11,687 nt of DNA from Candidatus Hodarchaeota archaeon (GCA_029856365.1 JAHQWW010000122.1:1-11687), one strand, 5' to 3'. Positions 1-8,510 are shown, counted from the stretch's first letter. Numbers and translations are program-made. Notes: generated by a model from the sequence alone, not told the origin.

Positions 1-552
1 GTTGGCATTGTATCACGAAATGATCTTGTGAAAAAAGTTATTGTACCAGCAAAAATCTTATCTGACGCAAATAACTATTATTCTCCCAATATTACAACCA
101 TTTGGGAAGGTACACCGCTTCCTGATGCAGCCATGATACTCCGTTTGAGTCATCAAAAAGGGATTCCAGTCATAAATGAATCGAAAATGGTGGGAATAAT
201 AACTCAACATGATTTTCTTAAAGTGGCAGAGATTCTCGACTCTCAAAGTAAAAGCCGTACTGGGCATGGTGCAGAAAATGATAGCTCCTCTTGGGATAGT
301 GAATCAGTTTTAATTATTGGTTCAAAAACATTAACTTTACCTTCTAATATGAGAGTTAGCGAGATAATGGAACGAAATGTTGAAGTTTGTTACAAAGGTA
401 GTACAATTAGCGATGTTTCAAGAAAAATGAGCTCAAAACAATTCGACCAACTCCCTTTAGTGAGTGCAGATGGTAAACTTCTTGGAATTATCAATCAAAA
501 GGATGTTATTCGAGCTTATGTTGACTCGTATTACGAAGAGTCACTTACTTAA
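1..552 (+). CDS. CBS-domain protein, 5'-truncated by the window edge
   Basis: Frame is open from base 1 (VGIVSRNDLVKK), upstream of the GTG at 28. CBS motifs: VGIVSRNDL, IPVINESKMVGIITQHDFL, VSEIMERNV, LPLVSADGKLLGIINQKDVI. Confidence 0.9.
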   Translation, partial: VGIVSRNDLVKKVIVPAKILSDANNYYSPNITTIWEGTPLPDAAMILRLSHQKGIPVINESKMVGIITQHDFLKVAEILDSQSKSRTGHGAENDSSSWDSESVLIIGSKTLTLPSNMRVSEIMERNVEVCYKGSTISDVSRKMSSKQFDQLPLVSADGKLLGIINQKDVIRAYVDSYYEESLT

Positions 553-617
553 TACAAGCTATTAGTTCCTTAAGCTATACACGTATTTATTTCGAATATC
601 AGAAGTGAAATCTCCCT

Positions 618-1457
618 TTGTCACATACAATTGCTATTCCAGATTCAGCTGTTACTGATTGTAATGACCTTCGTTCAAAAACTGAAAAGATCTTTCAGAT
701 TGCACGAATCGCTGCAATTTTCAAAATAAAAAATATACTTATTTTCCACGATCCTTTTCTAAAACCCTCCCGTTCAAACCGTGAAAGACGTATCATTGCT
801 AGAATCCTTGAATATATCGAGTGTCCTCAATATCTTCGAAAAAGATTGTTTCCCCTTTCTCGTGACACTTCTGCTGTAGGTATTCTTTCTCCCTTAGCGA
901 CACCACACCACATTCGTTCACGGGAGTTAAAACCAAATGAAATTAGAGAAGCAGCGGTTTTTCTTAATCAAAATCGTGTTGTCGCAGATGTAGGAGGCAC
1001 ACAACTCCTTGAAGTGATTTCTCCTCCTAGAAAGTCGCTTTTAAATAAAACTCTAAGAGTTACGACGAAAATTCAAAGAACAGAAGAGGGATACAAAGCA
1101 GTGGTCCTTCCAAACCCGCCTAAAAAGATATACTGGGGATTCTCTGTCCATCCGTCAGCAGCAACTCTTGGTAAACTGCTTATAAACAGACTTGAATTTA
1201 AAATTGCAACCTCTAAATCTTGTCAACCACTATCATCCTTTTCTGTTGAAATTATCCATAAAAACAGTCTTTTAATTACCTTTGGAGGACCTTATCATGG
1301 AATCCCGGAGATGGTTAAAGCTGAGGGGAAAAAAGTCAGTGATTTATTCGATTGCTGTTTCAGTATTTTACAAAACTATGGCACTCGCTCCCTCCGATTA
1401 GAAGAAGCCATGATGATTACTTTAAGTAAACTTGAAGGCTGGTTTAGTAATAGATAA
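618..1457 (+). CDS. SPOUT-class RNA methyltransferase, MTH1/DUF171 (SPOUT1/C9orf114-like) family
   Basis: TIAIPDS, QIARIAAIF, LEYIECPQYLRKRLFP, GILSPLATPHH, YWGF, and the SPOUT knot FGGP...GTRSLRLEEA. TTG start. Confidence 0.9.
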   Translation: MSHTIAIPDSAVTDCNDLRSKTEKIFQIARIAAIFKIKNILIFHDPFLKPSRSNRERRIIARILEYIECPQYLRKRLFPLSRDTSAVGILSPLATPHHIRSRELKPNEIREAAVFLNQNRVVADVGGTQLLEVISPPRKSLLNKTLRVTTKIQRTEEGYKAVVLPNPPKKIYWGFSVHPSAATLGKLLINRLEFKIATSKSCQPLSSFSVEIIHKNSLLITFGGPYHGIPEMVKAEGKKVSDLFDCCFSILQNYGTRSLRLEEAMMITLSKLEGWFSNR

Positions 1458-1461
1458 TTCA

Positions 1462-1629
1462 CTACTTTGATGACTTACCACTTAAATATCTGAATAAAAG
1501 GGCCAAGATTACAATCGATCCAAATAGAACAAGCAAAAAAGGCAGTTCTGAAATGATTGTAGTTGAAGTAGGAATTGAACTACTAATGATATTAATGCTA
1601 ATTAGGGGAAGAATGCTGAAAACAAACAT
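1462..1629 (-). CDS. Small 55-aa putative membrane protein (not in the ORF track)
   Basis: Hand translation: MFVFSILPLISINIISSSIPTSTTIISELPFLLVLFGSIVILALLFRYLSGKSSK*. AGGAG at 1645-1641 lies upstream. A hydrophobic helix is followed by a basic tail, and the stop lies 4 nt from the convergent SPOUT stop. Confidence 0.55.
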   Translation of the reverse strand: MFVFSILPLISINIISSSIPTSTTIISELPFLLVLFGSIVILALLFRYLSGKSSK

Positions 1630-1801
1630 TACTCTAACTACTCCTAAATATTAAGTGTACTTTACTTTCTCATTTATTAAATTAATCTTAAAATGATGCT
1701 GAAAATCCAAGTTTAATTCGGAAGTAAAAAATTACAAACTTTTTAAAAATAAAATATTTCATTCTCTAATAACCAAAAAAACTCCAAATCAAACACAGAA
1801 T

Positions 1802-1886
1802 GCGGGGGTTCCCTAGCCAGGTCAACGGGGGCAGACTCAAGATCTGCTCGCATAGGCGTTCGTGAGTTCAAATCTCATCCCCCGCA
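1802..1886 (+). tRNA. tRNA-Leu(CAA), intronless, CCA not encoded
   Basis: Acceptor stem GCGGGGG/CCCCCGC plus discriminator A; anticodon arm GCAGA-CT CAA GA-TCTGC (CAA at 1838-1840); long variable arm; T-arm GTGAG-TTCAAAT-CTCAT. Confidence 0.97.
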
Positions 1887-1938
1887 TCAGTTTATCCCAG
1901 TTAAGTTGATATTCCTTATTCTCTGTAGAGGTCTTTAT

Positions 1939-2580
1939 ATGAGTACGGAAAACATAATTCCTGGAATAACACCAACTCGTATGCAATTACTAGAGTTAAA
2001 ACAGAGATTGGAACTCGCTAACAAAGGTTATGAATTATTGAGTGAAAAACTTGAGGCATTAACAGGGGAATTATTCTCAACAGTTATGCTATACAAACAA
2101 AAACGAGAAAAGGTTCAGGGGACAATTCAAGATTCTCAAGATCAGTTGGTTCAGCTGAAACTTCAGATGGGGGAATTTTCCATCCAAAACATCGCTTTGA
2201 GTTATCCGTGTAAGTTTCGAATAGAAAAGAAGAGTAGAAGATTAATGGGAATCTCTGTTCCTATCTTCAAGATTCTTAAAGAAGATCTTAGTGATTCAAT
2301 CTACTACTCAATGCATGAAACTACTACAAAATTCGATTTAGCTCTGAAAGTCTTTGAAGAGGCTCTTCAAGCTATTATTAATCTGGCAGAAACTCAATCA
2401 ACATTAACTAGACTTGCAGGAGAAATAATCGAAACAAAGCGTCGTGTTAATGCCTTGAATTATATCATCATCCCTCGTATCGAGGCAACAGTAAGATGGA
2501 TCAAATTAACCTTAGCTGAGCGAGAACGAGAGGCTTTTGTAAGATTAAAGAAAGTGAAAAAGAAACTCTCCCAGAAATAA
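1939..2580 (+). CDS. atpD: A/V-type ATP synthase subunit D
   Basis: PTRMQLLELKQRLELANKGYELLSEK and EIIETKRRVNALNYIIIP...LAEREREAFVRLKKVK. ATG at 1939 is preceded by GAGGT (1928-1932) and is preferred over the TTG at 1906. Confidence 0.95.
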   Translation: MSTENIIPGITPTRMQLLELKQRLELANKGYELLSEKLEALTGELFSTVMLYKQKREKVQGTIQDSQDQLVQLKLQMGEFSIQNIALSYPCKFRIEKKSRRLMGISVPIFKILKEDLSDSIYYSMHETTTKFDLALKVFEEALQAIINLAETQSTLTRLAGEIIETKRRVNALNYIIIPRIEATVRWIKLTLAEREREAFVRLKKVKKKLSQK

Positions 2581-2583
2581 AGC

Positions 2584-2611
2584 AACAAGAATGAGGGAGA
2601 GGAATCTTGTT
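2584..2611. terminator. Possible terminator between convergent atpD and rpl2
   Basis: 7-bp inverted repeat AACAAGA/TCTTGTT with a 14-nt loop; the minus strand is pyrimidine-rich after the rpl2 stop. Confidence 0.25.
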
Positions 2612-2616
2612 AAGTT

Positions 2617-3360
2617 CTAATCTCTAATACGTCCACGCCTTAATCCAGTTCGACGAGCTGCAATTAAACCCACTTTTCTCCCTGGTGGAGCATTCCGAGA
2701 AACAGTAGTAGGTTGACCTGGGCCTTGATGAGCACCTCCCCCAAACGGATGTGACGCGATATTCATCGCTACGCCACGAACTACTGGAAATGACTTATGT
2801 CCTTTCGCTCGCATGAAAGCTCTTTTAAGCCCAGCTTTAACAAAGGGACGGTCTGGCCTTCCACCCGCCGAAATAACACCAATCATCGCACGAGCTTTGT
2901 TGTTAATCGTTTTAACTTGTCGAGAAGGTAGTAGTATAGAAGAACTTTCTTTTGATTGGCTTCTTACCAGTCCATGAGTTCCTGAAGACCGACATAATGC
3001 TCCTCCGTCACCAGGACGCATTTCTACATTACAGATCCATATTCCTTCTGGAATTCTGATAATAGGTAAGACATTCCCAACTTCTAAAGCCGCATTTACA
3101 CCTTGTTCTCGTGTTTGTCCCACATAGACGCCTTCAGGTGCAGGAAGAAAACATTCGCTATCGTTCGCATACTTTATAAGCATTAAGGGGACACCTCGGC
3201 CTCGTTCGTGAGTAAAATCAATAATTGTGAATTCTATTTTGTCACTGAGTTCTTCTTCTGTGAGAGGTAGGTATCGAGCTCTTCCTCGTTTTCGATGCGA
3301 CAAAGATCGAAAAGTTGGCGATCCTCGACCACGGCGCTGAACTAAAATACGTTTTCCCAT
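2617..3360 (-). CDS. rpl2: 50S ribosomal protein uL2 (archaeal type)
   Basis: MGKRILVQRRGRGSPTF, RGVAMN...HPFGGG, PPGRKVGLIAARRTG. The GTG at 3369 lies inside the AGGTGA SD, so ATG 3360 is the likely start. Confidence 0.97.
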   Translation of the reverse strand: MGKRILVQRRGRGSPTFRSLSHRKRGRARYLPLTEEELSDKIEFTIIDFTHERGRGVPLMLIKYANDSECFLPAPEGVYVGQTREQGVNAALEVGNVLPIIRIPEGIWICNVEMRPGDGGALCRSSGTHGLVRSQSKESSSILLPSRQVKTINNKARAMIGVISAGGRPDRPFVKAGLKRAFMRAKGHKSFPVVRGVAMNIASHPFGGGAHQGPGQPTTVSRNAPPGRKVGLIAARRTGLRRGRIRD

Positions 3361-3373
3361 TTTTTTCACCTAT

Positions 3374-3649
3374 TTAAATGATCCCAACCTCAGTCGCCAA
3401 ATCTAACGCACTATAATCTTGTGAGAGCTTTATGAATGCTTTTTTCTTTCCTTGGGGAGTTATAAGGGTATTAACCTTAACTATTTTTACCTTATAAAGT
3501 GTCTCGAAAGCTTGCTTAATTTCATGTTTTGTAGCTCGGCGGTCGACAATGAAAACCAAGGCATTTTCATAAATATTATCCATTTTGTTGAAGGCTGCCT
3601 CTGTTATTAATGGATATTTTATAATATCCTGAGGTTGTCTGAATTTCAG
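3374..3649 (-). CDS. rpl23: 50S ribosomal protein uL23 (probable CTG start)
   Basis: ENALVFIVDRRATKHEIK...VNTLITPQGKKKAFIKL. The conserved N-terminus DIIKYPLITE lies upstream of ATG 3583. CTG 3649-3647 sits 7 nt after GAGGTGA. Confidence 0.95.
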   Translation of the reverse strand: MKFRQPQDIIKYPLITEAAFNKMDNIYENALVFIVDRRATKHEIKQAFETLYKVKIVKVNTLITPQGKKKAFIKLSQDYSALDLATEVGII

Positions 3650-3688
3650 CTTAGTTTCACCTCAATTTTTCAGAATTATTTTGTATTA

Positions 3689-4495
3689 TTAATTTACCAC
3701 TTCTCCAACTAAGAGATCGATGGCAGATTTTGTCCATAATGTTAATCGTCCTGCATGAGTTCCAGGGGCAAGATGTTCTATATTTAATTGGTCAGCTATA
3801 ACAACATCAACACCAGGTAGATTTCTTGCTGCAGCTCCAACTCCATAATCATGCGCTATAACAATCAATACTGATTTTCCCGTCTTATATTTCCTTCCAC
3901 GTCTTTTCCCTTTACCTGGCCGAATCTGAGAATTCCGTCTTTTAGCTTTAGCCAAATCATATGATAAACCCAGACTATTGAAAACAGCTTGTACTTCGTT
4001 GGTTTTCTTTAGCGACTCCAGTTCATCACTTACTATCAATGGTAAAGACTTGATCTCTTCAATGATGTGACCTCGTGATTCAACCAAAACTGGATTAGCT
4101 GTTGCAGCAATTGCGGATTTTATTGCCAAAATTTTTTCTTTTTTGTTTATTTTTTCTTTAAAATTTTGTAAACTGTTAGGTGGATGTGTACGACGCCCCC
4201 CTATGGCGAATGGTATGAACGCTCCACGACTAGCGGATTGTGTGTGGGATCCTTTTACTCTTGGAACTCTTGCTGCTCCCCGACCAGCACCCCAACTCTC
4301 CGCCGATGTCCTTTTCCCAGCGCGAGGATCGACACCATAAGGTATCTGTCGATTTCTACGACTAGCTAATACAGATCGTTTGATTACATTAGGACGAAAA
4401 GGAGTCGAAAAAATAGTACTAACATCCATCTTATCTACTTCCTTTCCTTTTAAATCATAAACAGGGACTCTAGAGGAATTCAATTTTCTCGCCAA
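3689..4495 (-). CDS. rpl4: 50S ribosomal protein uL4 (archaeal L4/L1e)
   Basis: AGKRTSAESWGAGRGAARVPR, GGRRTHPP, RPGKGKRRGRKY, LAPGTHAGRLTLWT. TTG start. Confidence 0.97.
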   Translation of the reverse strand: MARKLNSSRVPVYDLKGKEVDKMDVSTIFSTPFRPNVIKRSVLASRRNRQIPYGVDPRAGKRTSAESWGAGRGAARVPRVKGSHTQSASRGAFIPFAIGGRRTHPPNSLQNFKEKINKKEKILAIKSAIAATANPVLVESRGHIIEEIKSLPLIVSDELESLKKTNEVQAVFNSLGLSYDLAKAKRRNSQIRPGKGKRRGRKYKTGKSVLIVIAHDYGVGAAARNLPGVDVVIADQLNIEHLAPGTHAGRLTLWTKSAIDLLVGEVVN

Positions 4496-4502
4496 ATTAT
4501 AT

Positions 4503-5510
4503 TTAATTCTTTGCCGTAGTACTGATATACGTAATTTGGAGCTCTTCGATCTCTGTGGGTTTTGGTCTTATTGGATCTCTCAGTCGAATTAGACGTTTAA
4601 TTGATCCAGGGGTACTTCCGCGAAGAATACAATGTTTTCCAACTTTTCCATATCGTTTAAAACCACTTACAGGAGTTACTTCCTCACCATCTTCACCTAT
4701 TTTAAGAATTTGTTTGTTATATTCTGTTCGTGCAAAATAACCCAGCTGACCAGCACGAGGAACAGTCCACATCACTCGCGCAGGATGCCAGGGTCCAATA
4801 CATCCAACCACTCTTCGTCCCTTCCGAGTCTTTCTAGGAAGAATTTTGATTCCATGTCGTTTGACAGGTCCAGCGAATCCTTTCCCTTTTGTGGTAGTGA
4901 TCACATCGATAAAATCGCTAGGTTTATAAATATCATCTATAGAGATTCTTTGATCTAGGATTTTCAAAGCATAATTGAATGCTTCATTAACTGATCCCCC
5001 TACTTTAATTTCCAAAATATCAGGAGTCTTTTGAGAAAACCCCGCCTCCCTAGGAGAAGTATGAGCTAAAATACGAATTTCTTTGACATTTTCTAGAACT
5101 TTGCGCACATCGCTGATTTGCTGTTTCTTGTTTTGTTTTTCTTTTGGTACCTTAATCCGAAGACTTAGATCTTTTTCAATATTTTCTCCCCAAATTTGGG
5201 TCATAACGCGTAGTTTTTTAGTGAATTGATCAGCTGTATAAATTCGTATACTAAAAATGACTATTGGAGGTGTTTCAATCACAGTAACAGGTACAAATTG
5301 CTCTTGTTTAAAAAAAGGGGATTTTCGATCAGTATTTACCATTGCTAAATGTATCATTCCAGCTTTATATCCTGCAAATCCTAGTAATCTAGGTTCAGCT
5401 GAATCACTTGACTCTGGCCACGTTCTCACTCGGGCTGAGTGTCTTCTTGCTCTTTTCCTTCGATATCCAAGAGATCCTCGGTGTGGCGCGTGTTTTTTTC
5501 TATGACCCAT
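4503..5510 (-). CDS. rpl3: 50S ribosomal protein uL3
   Basis: HAPHRGSLG, GFAGYKAGM, PVTVIETPP, TKGKGFAGPVKRHG, GCIGPWHPARV, PRAGQLG. AGGAGA SD lies upstream. Confidence 0.98.
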   Translation of the reverse strand: MGHRKKHAPHRGSLGYRRKRARRHSARVRTWPESSDSAEPRLLGFAGYKAGMIHLAMVNTDRKSPFFKQEQFVPVTVIETPPIVIFSIRIYTADQFTKKLRVMTQIWGENIEKDLSLRIKVPKEKQNKKQQISDVRKVLENVKEIRILAHTSPREAGFSQKTPDILEIKVGGSVNEAFNYALKILDQRISIDDIYKPSDFIDVITTTKGKGFAGPVKRHGIKILPRKTRKGRRVVGCIGPWHPARVMWTVPRAGQLGYFARTEYNKQILKIGEDGEEVTPVSGFKRYGKVGKHCILRGSTPGSIKRLIRLRDPIRPKPTEIEELQITYISTTAKN

Positions 5511-5655
5511 GCTTACGGTCTCCTATCTCTTATTATTTCGGAATAGATATGCTTTAGCAAACAGACTTGTTTGTAAAGGTTGGTACACGTCGTTGTCGTC
5601 AGTTTTCGACAACTGATTTAAACCCTCCGTACTCTTTCAATCGAACTCTTAAATA
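5511..5655 (-). promoter_or_regulatory. Candidate TATA box and structured 5' leader of the rpl3 operon
   Basis: TATTTAAG at 5655-5648; hairpins at 5592-5616, 5552-5578 and about 5524-5549; SD at 5524-5519. Confidence 0.4.
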
Positions 5656-5980
5656 TCCGACAGATGTGGTTGGAGGATAGGTGTAGAAACTCTATTGAGG
5701 ACTTCTCTCTTTAGTATTTCTTAAAGTTCCCATTATCTTTGGAAAAAATAATATTGTCATAATGTTCACAGACTTTGTACCTATTATTTCTTTTTCATTA
5801 TAGTGATTAACCAATTAAGATTTAAAATTCTAACGTTTATCGAATATCTGACAGTGTTCAACTTAAATATGGAAAAAAACTAAAGCTTGACATGAAGTCT
5901 CTACTCCTATAAATAGTGAAGAGAGAGATAGGAAATATTATCATCATAATACTCACTTATTTGGTTGGTACTTACTCATC

Positions 5981-6613
5981 ATGGTCCCTGACCCAGATTC
6001 TGCCAATGAAGAAATTTCAGTTCCTTTATTACATTTTGACATGGAATGTTCGACTTTAATAGTCAACAATCATTTTGCACATGAAATCTTCAATAATGGC
6101 TACTTTGGTCAATGGACTTCAGAGAATTCTCTTGTCTTAGAACCAGAAGAAATTTTACTTCTCATGGATCGGAAACGAATAGAAGTTTTCAATTCAACTA
6201 CAAACAAAAAAATCACCTCCTCGGAGATTGTGGCTCATTTCACGGAAAAAAACAATGATTTTTGGAGTCGTTATCTTGTGTATAAGGATCTACGAAATCG
6301 GGGGTATGTGGTACGTATGGGAACTCAAATCACTGCACCTTTTCGAATTTATTCTCGGGGAGGAAAACCAGGAGAATCAGTAAGTAAGAAGGTTATTTTT
6401 CCTCTCTCTGAGGGAGAACATCTTGACCTTGATTTTTTAGATCAACTTGTGAATCAAACAAAAATTGATCGGAAAATTTTACTGCTTTCAGTGGTTGACC
6501 GTCTTGGGGATGTTACCTATTACCAGGCATCACAATTAGAACTTGAACCTAATGAGTTGGAATATGAATATAGAGATGAATTATCACTGTCTAATGAACA
6601 AGTCGAGGATTGA
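5981..6613 (+). CDS. endA: tRNA-intron endonuclease (EndA family), probably a structural/non-catalytic subunit
   Basis: GYFG, LVLEPEEILLL, YLVYKDLRNRGYVV, FRIYSRG, RKILLLSVVDRLGDVTYY. The catalytic His and the KYG motif are not present. Confidence 0.88.
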   Translation: MVPDPDSANEEISVPLLHFDMECSTLIVNNHFAHEIFNNGYFGQWTSENSLVLEPEEILLLMDRKRIEVFNSTTNKKITSSEIVAHFTEKNNDFWSRYLVYKDLRNRGYVVRMGTQITAPFRIYSRGGKPGESVSKKVIFPLSEGEHLDLDFLDQLVNQTKIDRKILLLSVVDRLGDVTYYQASQLELEPNELEYEYRDELSLSNEQVED

Positions 6614-6614
6614 A

Positions 6615-8510
6615 ATGATGGAGGAGAGAAGATATTCACTAGCTCCAGAGGACACTTTCTATGTCCCTGATACTTCAGCTATTATCAATGGTGGTTTGAA
6701 AGACCTTCTCGAAACTAATAAGATCGAAGCTGAATCTAGAATAACGATCCATGCATCATTAATTGCAGAACTCGAACATCAGGCAAATTCTGGAAGGAAA
6801 AGTGGTATCGAGGGATTGAACGAACTCACGATGATACGACAAATATGTGGTGATTTGGGTATTCTTTTAGAATATGGGGGACGAAGACCTTATCTTTCTG
6901 AGATTAAAAGGGCTCGAAGTGGTGAGATTGACGCCATTATCCGAGATTTCGCATGGAAAGAAAATGGTATTCTCATCACATCAGACCACATTCAACACTT
7001 AGTAGCAAAATCAGTTGGAATTCAAGTCATCTATATTCCCGTAAAAAAATCTACCCCTGAAAAAACTCTTCATTTAGAGGATTATTTTGATGAAGAAACT
7101 ATGAGTATCCACCTGAAGCAAGGAGTTCCTATTTTTGGAAAACGTGGAACACCTGGAAATGTACATTTCGATCAACTTTCTGAAAGAATTTGTAGTAAAA
7201 ACTTTCTCAAAGAATTAAGTGAAGAGATCATTGAAAAAGCACAGAAATTTGAGGATACTTTCATTGAAATCGACCGTATAGGCTCAACTATCATTCAATA
7301 TGGGAACATTCGAATTGTGATATGCAGACCTCCTTTTTCAGACGGTTGGGAAATAACGGCAGCTCGACCACTGAAAAAACTTACAATTGAGGATTACGAT
7401 CTCTCACCCAACCTTTATACCCGTTTAAAAGATAAGGCAGAAGGAGTTCTTGTTGCAGGAAGTCCTGGCGCTGGAAAGACTACGTTTACTAGAGCTCTGG
7501 CTCTTTTTTTTGAAAGTAAATCCAAGGTAGTAAAGACTATTGAATCTCCACGTGATTTAGATCTGAAAGCGGAGATCACACAATATTCCAAGAATTTTGG
7601 TACCCACTCTGAAATTCATGACATACTCCTTCTCTCCCGTCCAGATTACACTATTTTTGACGAAATAAGAGATACGGATGATTTCAAGCTCTACTCAGAT
7701 CTTCGACTGGCTGGGATCGGTTTAGTGGGTGTGATCCACTCTAGTACAGCAATAGATGCTATTCAGCGGTTTATTGGAAGATTAGAATTGGGAATGATCC
7801 CTAGTGTTCTTGATACAATTATTTATATTGAAGCAGGAAGAATCAATCGGGTTTTGGACGTAAAAATGACGGTGAAGGTTCCTGCAGGGTTGGTTGAAAG
7901 TGATTTAGCACGACCCGTTGTCGAGGTAAGGGATTTTGAGACTAGAGAACCTGTTTATGAGATGTATACTTTTGGAGAACAGACAGTAGTTATTCCATTA
8001 GAAAATACGGAAATGAATCTGGTCAAAGTTGATGCTCGAACTATTCAGGATATTACAGAGGCCATTGAGGAGTTTTCGACTCAACCTGTGGTTCTGATTC
8101 CCAAAGATCGTTTTGGGAGAAGATTTGAGATTCAATGTGCTCAAAATGATATTCCCATGATCCTTGGTAGAGGAGGAGAGAATATTAGAATGCTTGAAAG
8201 AAGCTTCCAAGTAAAATTAGATGTTAATAGATCAGAAAAAGATTCTATTATATCAGAATTTAATATTTTAAATAAGAAGATGCTTTTACATCGGAAACGA
8301 ACACTGATTATTGGCTTTCCAAAACAAATGAAAAATGTGAATATCCAATTCTTTATAGAAGACAAGAAAAATGGAATAAAAAAACCATTTTTTGTGGGAA
8401 CATCATCTAGGTCAGGAAAAATTAAGGTATCTTCTCGCAGTGAGGCTGGTCGTATTTTTAAGGAAAAACTAGAAACGAATAATTTAAGAATATACTGGAA
8501 GCAGATATAA
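6615..8510 (+). CDS. PINA-family ATPase (PIN domain, P-loop ATPase, KH domain)
   Basis: PIN motifs YVPDTSAIING, AELE, GEIDAIIR, LITSD; Walker A GSPGAGKTT; Walker B TIFDEIR; KH GxxG loop ILGRGGENIRMLE. ATG 6615 follows GAGGA (6605-6609), 1 nt after the endA stop. Confidence 0.93.
   Translation: MMEERRYSLAPEDTFYVPDTSAIINGGLKDLLETNKIEAESRITIHASLIAELEHQANSGRKSGIEGLNELTMIRQICGDLGILLEYGGRRPYLSEIKRARSGEIDAIIRDFAWKENGILITSDHIQHLVAKSVGIQVIYIPVKKSTPEKTLHLEDYFDEETMSIHLKQGVPIFGKRGTPGNVHFDQLSERICSKNFLKELSEEIIEKAQKFEDTFIEIDRIGSTIIQYGNIRIVICRPPFSDGWEITAARPLKKLTIEDYDLSPNLYTRLKDKAEGVLVAGSPGAGKTTFTRALALFFESKSKVVKTIESPRDLDLKAEITQYSKNFGTHSEIHDILLLSRPDYTIFDEIRDTDDFKLYSDLRLAGIGLVGVIHSSTAIDAIQRFIGRLELGMIPSVLDTIIYIEAGRINRVLDVKMTVKVPAGLVESDLARPVVEVRDFETREPVYEMYTFGEQTVVIPLENTEMNLVKVDARTIQDITEAIEEFSTQPVVLIPKDRFGRRFEIQCAQNDIPMILGRGGENIRMLERSFQVKLDVNRSEKDSIISEFNILNKKMLLHRKRTLIIGFPKQMKNVNIQFFIEDKKNGIKKPFFVGTSSRSGKIKVSSRSEAGRIFKEKLETNNLRIYWKQI

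Noticed and set aside
58-267. 69-aa minus-strand ORF (likewise 10232-10423 on +)
   Set aside because: Each lies wholly antisense within a well-supported gene.
1802-1886. tRNA-Leu as an integration site
   Set aside because: No duplicated tRNA 3' end, integrase or transposase seen in the window.
4143-5505. Several + strand ORFs (4143, 4184, 4555, 4632, 5257)
   Set aside because: Antisense to rpl4 and rpl3, with no recognisable motifs.
5850-5947. Box C/D sRNA (ATGATGA at 5947-5941 on the minus strand)
   Set aside because: No downstream CTGA box D at a suitable distance.
6543-6614. 24-aa N-terminal extension of PINA in the ORF track
   Set aside because: It overlaps endA; ATG 6615 has an SD and fits translational coupling.
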